Made by a program: the position numbers and the translations under genes. 64,000 bases of DNA from Octopus vulgaris (Eukaryota). Position 1 is the stretch's first letter. Every line of letters begins with the position of its first letter. A model generated the notes under the pieces. The model was not told the DNA's origin, made no database searches, and saw only the letters and a list, made by a program, of their open reading frames with translations. The DNA is taken from NCBI GenBank assembly GCA_951406725.2, contig OX597816.1, positions 42,656,001 through 42,720,000 of the forward strand. The letters are read 5' to 3'. This document shows positions 13,293-25,446 of the stretch, in pieces.

Positions 13293-13343
13293 AGCTTCTA
13301 CAGGACTAGTACTGTTTCATTCAAGAGAAATCTTCAGGAAGCT
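13293..13343 (-). ncRNA. Type I hammerhead ribozyme motif
   Basis: AGCUUC-CUGAAGA-u-UUC-ucuu-GAA-u-GAAA-CAG-uacuaguc-CUG-UA-GAAGCU: intact core, 6-bp stem I, weak stem II, stem III with palindromic loop, GUA cleavage triplet. Confidence 0.75.
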
Positions 13344-13834
13344 ATTTAACAAGAATTGTATTAGCATTTATACATTTAGGCAGGTTTAAAGGAGTGGTGG
13401 TGGGGGACTTTTTTGGGGGTAGGCATAGCGCAAAATATCATACTTGGGGGAGTGGTCAAGGAGTCAGTGGTAAGTTAGATGAAAGAATAGATAAATAAAT
13501 ATGTTTATATATATATATGTGTACATAGGTGTATGTGGGTGTATGTATATATAGGTGTAAATATGTGTATATAGGGAACTAGGTGTGTTGTGTGTGCATG
13601 AGTGTATGTGCGTATGAATATATATTTTTATGTGTATATATGTATGTGTGGTCGTGGGTATATATATATATATATATACATGTGTGTATGCGTGCATGCA
13701 TGGGAGTGAGTGTATGCATATATACGTGTGTGTATGTGTAGACAGGTATAGGCATGTGCATGTGTATAAATTTGTATATGTGGGCGGGTGTATGTATGTG
13801 TGTATGTAGATATGTATGTATGTGTGTACATATG

Positions 13835-13885
<51 letters not shown>

Positions 13886-14269
13886 ATATATATGTGTATG
13901 TATGTATGTGTGTGTAGATACGTATACATGTGTGTATAGGTATAAGTGAGAATCTCCTTATTTACCTATAACTCTATCCCCCCTTTTTTTATATATATAT
14001 TTTTTTATATATATATTTTATATATATATTTTTTTATATATATTTTTATATTTTTTATTTTTTTATTTTTTTATTTTATTTTTTTATTTTTTATTTTTTT
14101 ATTTTTTTATTTTTTTATTTATCTATTCTTTCATCTAACTTACCACTGACTCCTTGACCACTCCCCCAAGTATGATATTTTGCGCTATGCCTACCCCCAA
14201 AAAAGTCCCCCACCACCACTCCTTTAAACCTGCCTAAATGTATAAATGCTAATACAATTCTTGTTAAAT

Positions 14270-14320
14270 AGCTTCCTGAAGATTTCTCTTGAATGAAACA
14301 GTACTAGTCCTGTAGAAGCT
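14270..14320 (+). ncRNA. Type I hammerhead ribozyme motif
   Basis: Identical copy of the motif at 13293-13343, on the plus strand. Confidence 0.75.
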
Positions 14321-14331
14321 CCTTCTATATA

Positions 14332-14393
<62 letters not shown>

Positions 14394-15281
14394 CGTATAT
14401 ATATATATATATAACGCATGCAATGAAATAGAAACAGGCACTTATACATACGTGTATGCAAATGTGTAAAGGTTTATATATATGTGTGTGTGTATATCTA
14501 TATATATACATATACACACACGCACACACACATATATATATGCATAAACTTTCGCTAGACATGTTATAAGTACATTGGTGAATATATACAAGATTATATA
14601 TGAATGACAGTGTGCCGGGGATTGTGCGTTTTTGTACGTGTGTGTTAGCCTGTGTATCCGTGTCTTCCCGTGCGTCCATATATATGTACATACTCACTCA
14701 ATCTATATAAATTATTTATTAAATAATCAAACCTATACATAGAATTTATTGATGATTTTTGTTTCTTTTCCAGTCTCTCTGAAGTGTTTGTTCATTATTT
14801 TCGTCAACTTATCAAATCGTTTACAGTTCAAAAGCTTTAGGCGAATTCCATCAATAAATCCTTGTAGATTATATTTTCCAATTTATTTTCTCTAATATTA
14901 TATTTTTTGTAATTACTAATTTATTTTGTATTTTTATACCGCGTTAGTTTAATTTCATGGTTTGGTAATGAACATTTACTTACTAATCTCTTTTAGGCAT
15001 TTTCTCTTTCTTTCTCACTGCACTGTCAGTAATACGATTAAAAATCTAATAGCTACACACTATTGGAGTTACAATTTACGCTTACGCCATGAGAAATATT
15101 ACATCAAGTAAAAATCGTTTACTTTATGTTCCGGCATTTTGCAATAAATGTTGTCAGATAGAATCTAAACATGCGCATACGAGCATGGTGCGTGTACAGG
15201 TGAGTGTATATTCATTTCGATTGAAATATATTATTTCTTTGTCATTTTATCTGTCGAATGCCCTACGGAGCTTTCAAAGCA

Positions 15282-15355
<74 letters not shown>

Positions 15356-15358
<3 letters not shown>

Positions 15359-15779
15359 GTGTGCATTTAAACGCAAGAGAAGCTACCTTTAACAGGTAAT
15401 TTACACGCTAGTAGAAACAGTCAAAACGATCAAAACCACATTTCAGAGCAATTTCGAAGGGAATTGAAAATAAAAACTTTTACCTTGTTATTTTGTTACG
15501 GTTATACCTAGATTTCGTATTTTTTTAGCAAATAAAATAGTTTGCTAGGCGAAATTCTGTTATAGCGCGGTCACTGATGAGAATTTCGCCTAGCAAATTA
15601 TTTTATTTGCTAAAAAAATTCAAAACATAAGTATAATTGTAGAAAAATAACAAGGTAAAAGTTTATATTTTCGAAATTAATCTGAAATGTGGTTCTGGTC
15701 ATTTTCATTTTGACTGCTTCTTCCGACGTGAAAAATTACCTATTACAGGTAATTTCTCTCGTGTTTAAATATATACTAT
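15356..15779. repeat. About 420-bp imperfect palindrome (foldback)
   Basis: Arms pair along their whole length. The centre is tttgctaggcgaaattct-[gttatagcgcggtcactgatg]-agaatttcgcctagcaaa. Confidence 0.85.
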
Positions 15780-15874
15780 TTTATATTGCGAATATGTTGT
15801 CTATTGACTTTTTATACATGCTAGACCACTGTTAGTGAAATTTCTAAAACTAATCGCTACCCTACATATTTTAC

Positions 15875-15918
<44 letters not shown>

Positions 15919-15995
15919 GTAAGTATGCATGTATATATATATATATATACGTAAAAGTATGTATGTCTATATATATATATATATATAGCGTAAGG

Positions 15996-16043
15996 GGTAT
16001 CAGCCATCTGAATGTGGCTAGCCACATTCAGATGGCTGATACC
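15996..16043. repeat. Perfect 48-bp spacerless palindrome
   Basis: ggtatcagccatctgaatgtggct|agccacattcagatggctgatacc. Confidence 0.95.
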
Positions 16044-16441
16044 TACATTATCGAGCGGTTACTGTTTATATCTCGTTCAGAGATTTATTATTGTTATATA
16101 TATACTTACATTCTAAATTCCAGGACGGGTGTCTTCGGACCGTCTGGCATTTCAAAACGGTCTATTAGAGACCACAACATAACTGGGTCGCTTGCGATCG
16201 ACAGCCAAATGGAGACTATCCTTTGTTGAGTAGCGAGGTCCTTTCTTCCTGCATAATCTGCATAATCTATTTGCCAGAGAGGCCTTAAACCAACAGGATT
16301 TGAGATCTAATGATACGCCGTAAACATAGTGCAATCGCATAAATCAACCTTATATTTATTTACATTATATATTGCCCTGTAACTTAGTCTGCTTCTTTTT
16401 AGGATGCATGTCTTACCGACTACACACACACACACACACAC

Positions 16442-16487
<46 letters not shown>

Positions 16488-16502
16488 GGCATATAGATAT
16501 GC

Positions 16503-16559
<57 letters not shown>

Positions 16560-16600
16560 GTGCAGCAGAATTTAGATGTAGATGAATATAGTACTTCTCT

Positions 16601-16862
16601 ATCTGTAGATTCTTTATCACTAAGTTCACTTTGTTATTTACATCTATCAATGGGGAGGGCTTTCTTCATTTGACTCATTGGAGACAAACAAGAATTATAG
16701 ATAGAGGAAGGGTAGTACTAATTTCAAGGCCATAAATCCATCCTCATTTTGAGGAATATATCTTAGACATATTTGAATGTATTTTAACTAAAGTTAGTAA
16801 GCCTACTACTCATTGATAGATCTAAATAACAAAGTGAACCTAGTGATAAAAAATCTACCGAT
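16601..16862. repeat. Inverted repeat (about 60-bp arms, about 135-bp spacer), MITE-like
   Basis: gtagattctttatcactaagttcactttgttatttacatctatcaatg vs cattgatagatctaaataacaaagtgaacctagtgataaaaaatctac. Confidence 0.75.
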
Positions 16863-17459
16863 GGAGACGAACATTCTACCACCATGTTCTTAATGATGAA
16901 ATTTACCTCTCTGTCTATATATCTACCCTCTTTGCAATGTTGGCAAATGAAATAAGTATAAAAATGTACGTTGTCTATTTAATTTTAATATATATATATA
17001 TATATTTAACGTTTGTTTGCATCATTGTACCGTTGAGGAAAATGATAGTCGTCAATCAAACTTGACTAAGGGTGCGAAGAATAACACTTACATTACTAGA
17101 AATAGGAGCTAGAATGCTCCAGTGCTGCTAGAGAGAACATAAAATATGCTGTAGTAGGAGCTACAGTCACCGCGAACATCGAACCTAGAATTCCTTAGAC
17201 AGATCTGCCATTTTACGGCACAATGTTTAGAAGCAGCACTTTTAATTAATTTTTTGCATACACATTAGAGATCTGCTAAATCATCCGTATATTTTCATGA
17301 TAACTACCCCAGAATCAATTTAATGAACTGGCCTTACTTAAGTTTTCATCGATTCGGTTTTCGGTACGATTGCAGCCTTTTTCAGAATATATATATCATA
17401 TGCGTTGTAACAGCATTGGAGCATTTCTACCAATATAGTCATTCAAGACTATAATTTTC

Positions 17460-17538
<79 letters not shown>

Positions 17539-17607
17539 GAGAGAGAGAGAGAGAGGTTTTATACTGACTGTCAACTTAACGTGACAGTCCTGTAAAGGAA
17601 TAAGGAA

Positions 17608-17726
17608 TTGCACTACCGCTGGTTAGCCCTAGGAAGCATGGACGCTTCCTGTGGGCCTTGACACATTTCCTGTCAAGGCCGCCAGGAAGCGGCGATGCTT
17701 CCTAGGGCTAAACAGTGGTAGTGCAA
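17608..17726. repeat. GC-rich 119-nt hairpin
   Basis: ttgcactaccgctggttagccctaggaagcat...ggccttgaca[catttcc]tgtcaaggcc...atgcttcctagggctaaacagtggtagtgcaa. Confidence 0.85.
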
Positions 17727-17991
17727 CTAGAAACTTTCACAGAGTGAGAGAATCCGGAAGTGAACACTATTCAATTTATAACTAATGTAGGATAATTTTT
17801 TTTTTCGGGAAAAATTTTTTATCAATGGCCAGCATATCAAAAAATACATTTAAGTTTAAATTAATAAATAATTTACAAAAATAAGGGCAAGAGAAAAATT
17901 CAAATGCCGAAAAAAAGACAAAAATTGTCAATAACCATTATAATTTATGCATCTCGAAACAAACCGATAGAAATTTCTAAAAAATCCGTTA

Positions 17992-18052
17992 TTACCGTAT
18001 AGGTCCCAATTTCGGGGTTAATTCATAAGACTTTTCCCCTCTTCAGCGATAA
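17992..18052 (-). ncRNA. Type I hammerhead ribozyme motif (intact core)
   Basis: UUAUCG-CUGAAGA-GGGG-aaaagucuuaugaauuaa-CCCC-GAAA-uugggaccua-UA-CGGUAA. Confidence 0.7.
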
Positions 18053-18188
18053 ATACGTGGGGTATAAGTTTAATACTGTGCCGATGTTTTTCTATTTTGG
18101 ATATATTTGGGGTACTTAGGTCTGCTCAGGACTTAGTACTTGCTTTTTCCATGGGTATGAGTAAGTATTTCACTTATATCCCACGTAT

Positions 18189-18249
18189 TTATCGCTGAAG
18201 AGGGGAAAACTCTTATGAATTAACCCCAAAATTGGGACCAATACGGTAA
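18189..18249 (+). ncRNA. Type I hammerhead motif with core G12>A substitution
   Basis: UUAUCG-CUGAAGA-GGGG...CCCC-AAAA-uugggaccaa-UA-CGGUAA: GAAA is mutated to AAAA, stem III is perfect. Confidence 0.55.
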
Positions 18250-18337
18250 TAACGGATTTTTTAGAAATTTCTATCGGTTTGTTTCGAGACGCATAAATTA
18301 TAATGGTTATTGACAATTTTTGTCTTTTTTCGGCATA

Positions 18338-18406
<69 letters not shown>

Positions 18407-18435
18407 ATGTGCCTGTGTGTGTGTGTGTATGTGCC

Positions 18436-18466
<31 letters not shown>

Positions 18467-19518
18467 CTGTGTGTGTGTGTGTGTGTGTGTATGTGCCTGT
18501 GTGTGTGTATGCGTGTGTGTATCCATTTTCCTATGTGTTCAAACGTCAAATATTGGATATTTCCTTATCCATATTTGAATCGTTTTCCAGACATTCACCA
18601 CACAAAGAAATTAAATTAATAGCTGAAACTGAAAACGGCATTATTTCGTTTATAGATATTACTGAAAAGATAAATTACCTGTAATCCAAAAGAAAATCAG
18701 TCATTATGGTCATGCTAACCTTGTAATATCAAGGCGAGTTTTGAAGAGTGAATAATATTTTGGATAAACTGTATTTAGGTATTATGTTTATAAAAAAAAC
18801 CTGTGTATGTGTGTGTGTGTGCAGGGATAGTGTGAGAGGGGGGGGACACTTTCACTCTTTCTAGATAACGTGAGATGGAATATCGGATGTCCAAAATACC
18901 AAATAGAAAACATGATATAGGAAATAAATGATGAGTATTTCTCGAGAAATAAATTGACGTATCACGATACCAAAATAACTGTTGGGATTTGTTTAAAGTC
19001 AAAAGAGATATTTTATGTATTTGAAGGCAGAATTTACTTTTGTGAGGTAAAATCTCATTGTAGTTAGTGGTACCATTCTTCATAGCTGGATAATAATCAT
19101 AGTTGCAAGAATACGGTTGGGACTTCTATCTAGTGGATTATTATCATTAAAATATCTCTCTTTCTGGAAAAGTGCCCAGTTGTTGGACAGCAATTGACAT
19201 AGAATATAGAGGAACAGTATGTGGTCGATACGCTTCTTGGAGACAAAACATGGCATTCAATAAATTAGGTAGAAGGAGAGCAATGTGTTGTCACTATATT
19301 ATTCAATAAAGGCGTTAGATATAATAATAGGAAGCAGTTAATGGAGTAAGGGTAAGAAGCTGGGAGATAATGGACAATGCAGTTGCAGCGTATGGGAAAG
19401 ATAAATCAACGGTCGATTTACAATTATAAGGTCGCATTAACCCAATTGAAAACGAAATACGATACATACCAAAGCTCATTATGTATATAATACATATATG
19501 CATAAACACGCGCAGACA

Positions 19519-19567
<49 letters not shown>

Positions 19568-19639
19568 TTATTTATTTATTTATAGTGAGAAAAGTGAGAA
19601 TAGTGAGAGATAGAGAGATGCTCACATACGTACGCATGT

Positions 19640-19684
<45 letters not shown>

Positions 19685-19687
<3 letters not shown>

Positions 19688-19775
19688 GGACTGACCACTA
19701 AATGTGGACGGTCAACATGCTAGATACAGACGTCAAAATTGCTATTGACCGCCCACTTTTAGTGGTAAGTCCTTT
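19685..19775. repeat. Short imperfect hairpin element
   Basis: aaaggactgaccactaaatgtggacggtcaa vs ttgaccgcccacttttagtggtaagtccttt. The downstream tail atgctaggccactg.ttttaattgattaatatcaatttctaccc recurs at 36597-36655. Confidence 0.7.
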
Positions 19776-19890
19776 AAATTTTGAATGTAAAAATAAATAT
19801 AATCTTCGCATTTTTTTAATATGCTAGGCCACTGGTTTTAATTGATTAATATCAATTTCTACCCTTATTAAATTTTACATATATATATAT

Positions 19891-20091
19891 ATATAATATT
19901 AATTAGAGACAAAACCACTATTAAGCAAATCAAACAAAGAAAGACTTAATCCAATACATAAAAAATGTTATATAAATTAAATAAAATTAAATTTATTTTA
20001 TTTAATTTATATAACATTTTTTATGTATTGGATTAAGTCCTTCTTTGTTTGATTTGCATAATAGTGGTTTTGTCTCTAATTAATATTATAT
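19891..20091. repeat. About 200-bp near-perfect AT-rich palindrome
   Basis: attaattagagacaaaaccactatta.gcaaatcaaacaaagaa.gacttaatccaatacataaaaaatgttatataaattaaat is mirrored across about 19990. Confidence 0.9.
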
Positions 20092-20165
20092 AATATTTTA
20101 CTATAAAATTGGATTCAATCCTAAATCTGATTTTTCCCTGTAAATTTAGATTTATTCTCTAATAT

Positions 20166-20733
<568 letters not shown>

Positions 20734-22410
20734 GTGAATAGGCAAGTGTATAACGTAGCATTAAATTATAGACCGTACTGCTAAATGTGTGTGTCACATG
20801 GATTTTCGTGCGTCTTAAGCACTTTTTGAGCGAAGAAATATTAACTGTTTTCGAATAATAATGCATTTTGAAGAATAATACATTCTTATTCAAAGGTAGA
20901 AACACCCCATTTCATTGAAATAATCACCTGTGATAATACAATTTCCGATTCTTATCAGGAACGCAAGATATTTATGGATGACCAGAGTAAATATAACTAC
21001 CTATGTTGCTTAGTCACAACTGCAGGCTTCTTGTTTTATGAGTCAAATGAAAAGTTGCATATTCAGCCTGTCAGATTGTATAATTTGTTAGTGAAGATGG
21101 TCATATAGGTAACCTGGGAAATGAAATGACTGAATGATGTGTTGATATCTCAAACTGCCCAAGTGGTTATTAGTCAAAACGAACAGTCTTGAATATGACA
21201 GTTAATGATCAATGTACGTCGATATAAACCAAGCACAAAGTAAAGTAAGTTTCCGACCTTGTATTTTTGGTAAGTGTAAATTTCACCTTAATCTTAAAAC
21301 TTAGTTACCAGTGTTTAAACTAGAGATGGTTTCCCCTCTCACTAAAGACTGAATATATTCATCATTTATAAATGTATCCGTAAGGCGGCAAAGAAGTAGG
21401 GTTAATAAACTCTTGCTTAGAAGGTTTTACAGTATGGGTTGAAGCTGCACCCAAGTCAACGTACACTTTCTAACTTTTGGTGTCAATAAGATTTAGTTAT
21501 CCAGGTCATCGATTGTTGGAACTGTTAGATAGTCGGCTAAAATGCCTGGAATTAGTTTTTTGTAGCTGTTTACGTTCTGATTGCAACGACTACGTGACAA
21601 TGGTACCAAAGTGCATTGGATTAATACGGCAGTTTTTCACTTGGATACACACCAGCATCATGGATAGGAATTACTTAAATACATGATCAATAACCAGTCT
21701 TCTTCAAACATTTTACCATCGCCTACACGTATATGTGCAGAGTAATAGTCAACCTTGGCCAGCCAGGTCCCTTACATACGTCTTTAAAATCCTCTTTTCT
21801 GTCCCTCTTCATATGAAACGTTTCATAGATTATTTTAGTGCTGGCATGGTCGGAAAGAACTAAATTTTTCCTTTTAAATGTATATAATAGTCCTGCATTG
21901 AGAGCGTGACTCAATTAATAAATGAAAGTAAAACAGTTAGATGATAAATTTATTTGTTTAGAATATGCTTTTCCGAACATTCAATTGTCTCATGAATAAC
22001 TTGACACTGAGACAAGTTAATTCATTTTTGTGGCTAAAAGATGTGGCCGAACTGATCACTGGTTTCTCTGCACGGACATTATATTAGCATGTCGTTATTT
22101 ATTATAGAATGGGAAACGATTATTGGCCGATCACCGATTTGGCATTTATACATCTTAAAACTAGTTTCATCGATGATTATTTCTTCTACAATTCGATTAC
22201 ATTATATTCAGTAATACATTTTCACAACCCAATATATATTTGTACGTCTGCATGACTATAAGTGTATGTGCGCGTGCAGGTTTGTGTATGTAGGAATGTG
22301 TCTATGTACGTGAGATAATTACATGGCGTAGTGGACAACAGTTGCTGTGGATACAATTACGTGTTGGCAGGTTTCTCTCCTTTTCTGATTGGCATGCTGT
22401 ATCGATGAGT

Positions 22411-22499
22411 GAGGTACATCGTGTCATATTACTTTACATACAGACCATCAAATGAGTACCATATGGCAGCTGGTATATCTCTTTCTATATCGTTCTCTC

Positions 22500-22539
<40 letters not shown>

Positions 22540-23174
22540 AATTTATAACATCCTTGATGTGCTACTGGGACAAGGGTATGACAACCGGGAGAGTGGTCTA
22601 CGTTCTCTTGCTATTACCTTACCACTTTAAAATATTCTCCAATGTGTAGAATACATATACACTAGATGATATATATTTAACCTTATTTACCACTTACTAC
22701 TGTGACGTTGCCTTGTAAAGAATATATTGAACGAATGAACGAAATGAAGATTTAAAATTATTGTACTTAGATGTGTACAATCCGTCCAACACTGGTGTAC
22801 ACTTGTGGTAAATCTTCCACGGTACAGTGATATTTGCACACACACACACACACATGTATGTCTAATTTTATTCTTTTACTTGTTTCAGACTTTAGTTGAA
22901 CAAATCAACCAAGGACTTATTCTTTTTAAGCCTAGTACTTGCTGTATCGGTATCTCTGTCCCGAACAGCCCAAAGTTACAGTGACGTAAACACAACATCG
23001 GTTGCCAAGCAATCGTCCAGGTACAAGTACAGATACACAAACATATATGTATATATATATATATATATATATAAAGACAGAGAGAGAGAGGACTATAAAG
23101 AAAGAGATATACCAGCTGCCGCCTGGTACTCATTTGGTGTTGGTTAGGTAGATTCATACGACATGATGTACCTG
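22411..23174. repeat. Pair of about 90-bp inverted copies of a short repeat
   Basis: aggtacatcgtgtcata...caaatgagtacca..ggcagctggtatatctctttct (22411-22501) vs agaaagagatataccagctgcc..tggtactcatttg...tacgacatgatgtacct (23082-23174). Confidence 0.7.
22871..23074 (-). mobile_element. SINE family A, 3' half
   Basis: cttttacttgtttcag...ggacttattcttt..agcctagtactt...gacgtaaacaca..atcggttg. Confidence 0.7.
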
Positions 23175-23199
23175 AAAATTTGTAAACATGATCAGGCCT

Positions 23200-24660
23200 T
23201 TACATCAAGATATGAAAACTAGGATTAAATTTGGTGGTAGGCACTCTGAATGTTTTGAAGTGGAAAATGGAGTGAAGCAAGGACACCTTGATGTACCCAC
23301 TCTCTTTGCAATATACCTTGCTGTTGTGTAGTCTCACGCTTTTCAAAACTCTGAGTAGAGTAGTTGCAGTTAGTTTTAATCTGACCAGACTGAAATTCAA
23401 AACGAAGGTTTTTACTTCACTCATTAGGGGACTTTTATACGCTGATGATTGCTATCTAGTTAGTCATTCGGAAACAAGTCTGTAATCTCTTGTATCTGCA
23501 TTGGACTCGGCTTGCGAGGATTTTAGCTTGAACATCAACTTAAAAGAAAAAAAGAGTTTAAAACATCAACCTGCGTGTGGTGCTGTTTGTAACACGCCTA
23601 AATTTTTTTTCTGAGTAAGTTACTTGAGGGATTGATTCGTGCACCTACCTTGGAAGCTCTGTACAAAATGATGGAAATCTTGATACAGAAATACATCCGT
23701 GAATTTAGAGGGCAGCAAAAGCATTTGGTAGCTGGGAGTCAAGCATTTGGCGCCAGCGACATATAAATGACAGTACAATGTTGGCTCTGTTCAAATCATT
23801 TGTCTTACCATCCCTGTTGTATTCCTGTGAAACATGGACTTGGTATGGAAGACATTTTAAATTATTAGAACAATTTCTCCAAAAATGCCTTCATCGCACT
23901 TTAAACATTAAATGGTATTCTTTTACTCCAAACACAGATGTCTTTACATCCGCAAGCATCACCTCAATTAAAGCTATGATTTTGAGAAACCAAATGTGAT
24001 GGTGTAGCCATATTGTAAGAGTGGCGGACGAACGCATGCCCAAACAGTTATTTTAAGGTGAGATTTCGGAGGGGAAACGCTATCAGCGTAAATCCTTAAA
24101 AAGGGTTTACGGACGGCATAAAGACTACTATGAAGTCACTTGGAATGGATCCAGAAGACATAGAAATCCTTGCTTCGGATCGAGCTGGATGGCGAACAAA
24201 GTGAGGATTAGAGAGAAAGCGTTTTAAGATGCCAGGATAACGCATGCAAGACTCAGAAGGAAATTAAGGAAAAATGTTACGATCGAGAAACACAATGAGC
24301 TTTTTTGTGTGCACAGTTTGTAACAGACTATGTCGTACTTTTGCTGCGCTCAAATATCATTTATGAACTCTTGGAAAACGAACCTCCACCAACTATTCTG
24401 CCTATATTTCTATGTACACCTTTGAATGCTAAGTATGTCAGAAGGGTTGCGAATCTAACGGAGGCCTCAAAAGACATATTAAGATCCACAAATAATAGAA
24501 CTAATCTGCAGATCTTGAAGGTCCAAATCGGATATGCCATGCATGTCGGTGATTTTTCAGTACTTTATCTGATTTAAAAAGCCACATCAGATGCCGTGAT
24601 GGTTCCAAGGCATAGGTACAGGAGGTGGTCAAAATCTGCATACGGAGTAGCCAACCACCA
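23200..24660 (+). mobile_element. Decayed RTE-clade LINE (RT C-terminal half) ending in three C2H2 zinc fingers
   Basis: FEVENGVKQG..PTLF; FNLTRLKFKTKV..LLYADDC; YLGS; VLPSLLYSCETWT; WCSHIVRVADERMPKQLF*GEI..GKR; DRAGWR; multiple stops and frameshifts. Confidence 0.9.
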
Positions 24661-24780
24661 TATATACGACGCGCTTCTTTCGGTTTACGTCCACCAAATC
24701 CCCTCAGAAGGCTTTGGTCTACCTGAGGCTGTAGCAGAAGTCACTTAGCCAAGGCGCTAAGCACTGGGACTGAGCCCGGA
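24661..24780 (-). mobile_element. SINE family A, 5' half
   Basis: tacgacgcgcttctttc.gttt.cgtc.accaaatcc.ctca.aaggctttggtc...tgggactgagcccgga. Confidence 0.7.
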
Positions 24781-24967
24781 GAGTGTGAACACAGACAAAA
24801 GCCACTTTATTTATATAATAGTCACGTACGCACGTTTCAATTTCTCACCATCGTTTATATTTTACAATTAAAATTGAAATATGATATTAAGAGGTAAAAA
24901 TCCCTTCAGCGCATATTTGATATGTATTTATTTTCATCCTGAACGATGGCAAGTTCATTATATATGT

Positions 24968-25044
<77 letters not shown>

Positions 25045-25055
25045 TACATACATAC

Positions 25056-25134
<79 letters not shown>

Positions 25135-25336
25135 GAAATGAGGTAATCAGAAGATCGGATGGTTTATATTTACAGATATCTATTTATATATTACATTTTT
25201 TACATATATATCATATCACTTAGATCATTACCGCTTTCTCCTATTCTAGTGGGGTTTTCAAATCAAAATAATTCCTTTGTAGGGAATTTTAATCATTTTA
25301 TAGAGTTTCGTAGAAGACAGCACAAGAGGGTGAGGT

Positions 25337-25393
<57 letters not shown>

Positions 25394-25415
25394 TACACAC
25401 ATATACATATATATT

Positions 25416-25446
<31 letters not shown>

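Larger units (their letters stand above)
13209..14334. mobile_element. Non-coding Penelope-like/retrozyme-like element with 221-bp perfect inverted repeats
   Basis: 13279-13499 is the exact reverse complement of 14114-14334. Each arm contains a hammerhead motif. On the minus strand, AATAAA and a tail follow the left hammerhead. Confidence 0.75.
17904..18336. mobile_element. Penelope-like non-coding element: about 165-bp near-perfect inverted repeats carrying hammerhead motifs
   Basis: Arms 17904-18069 and 18172-18336 are reverse complements with a few substitutions. Confidence 0.7.
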
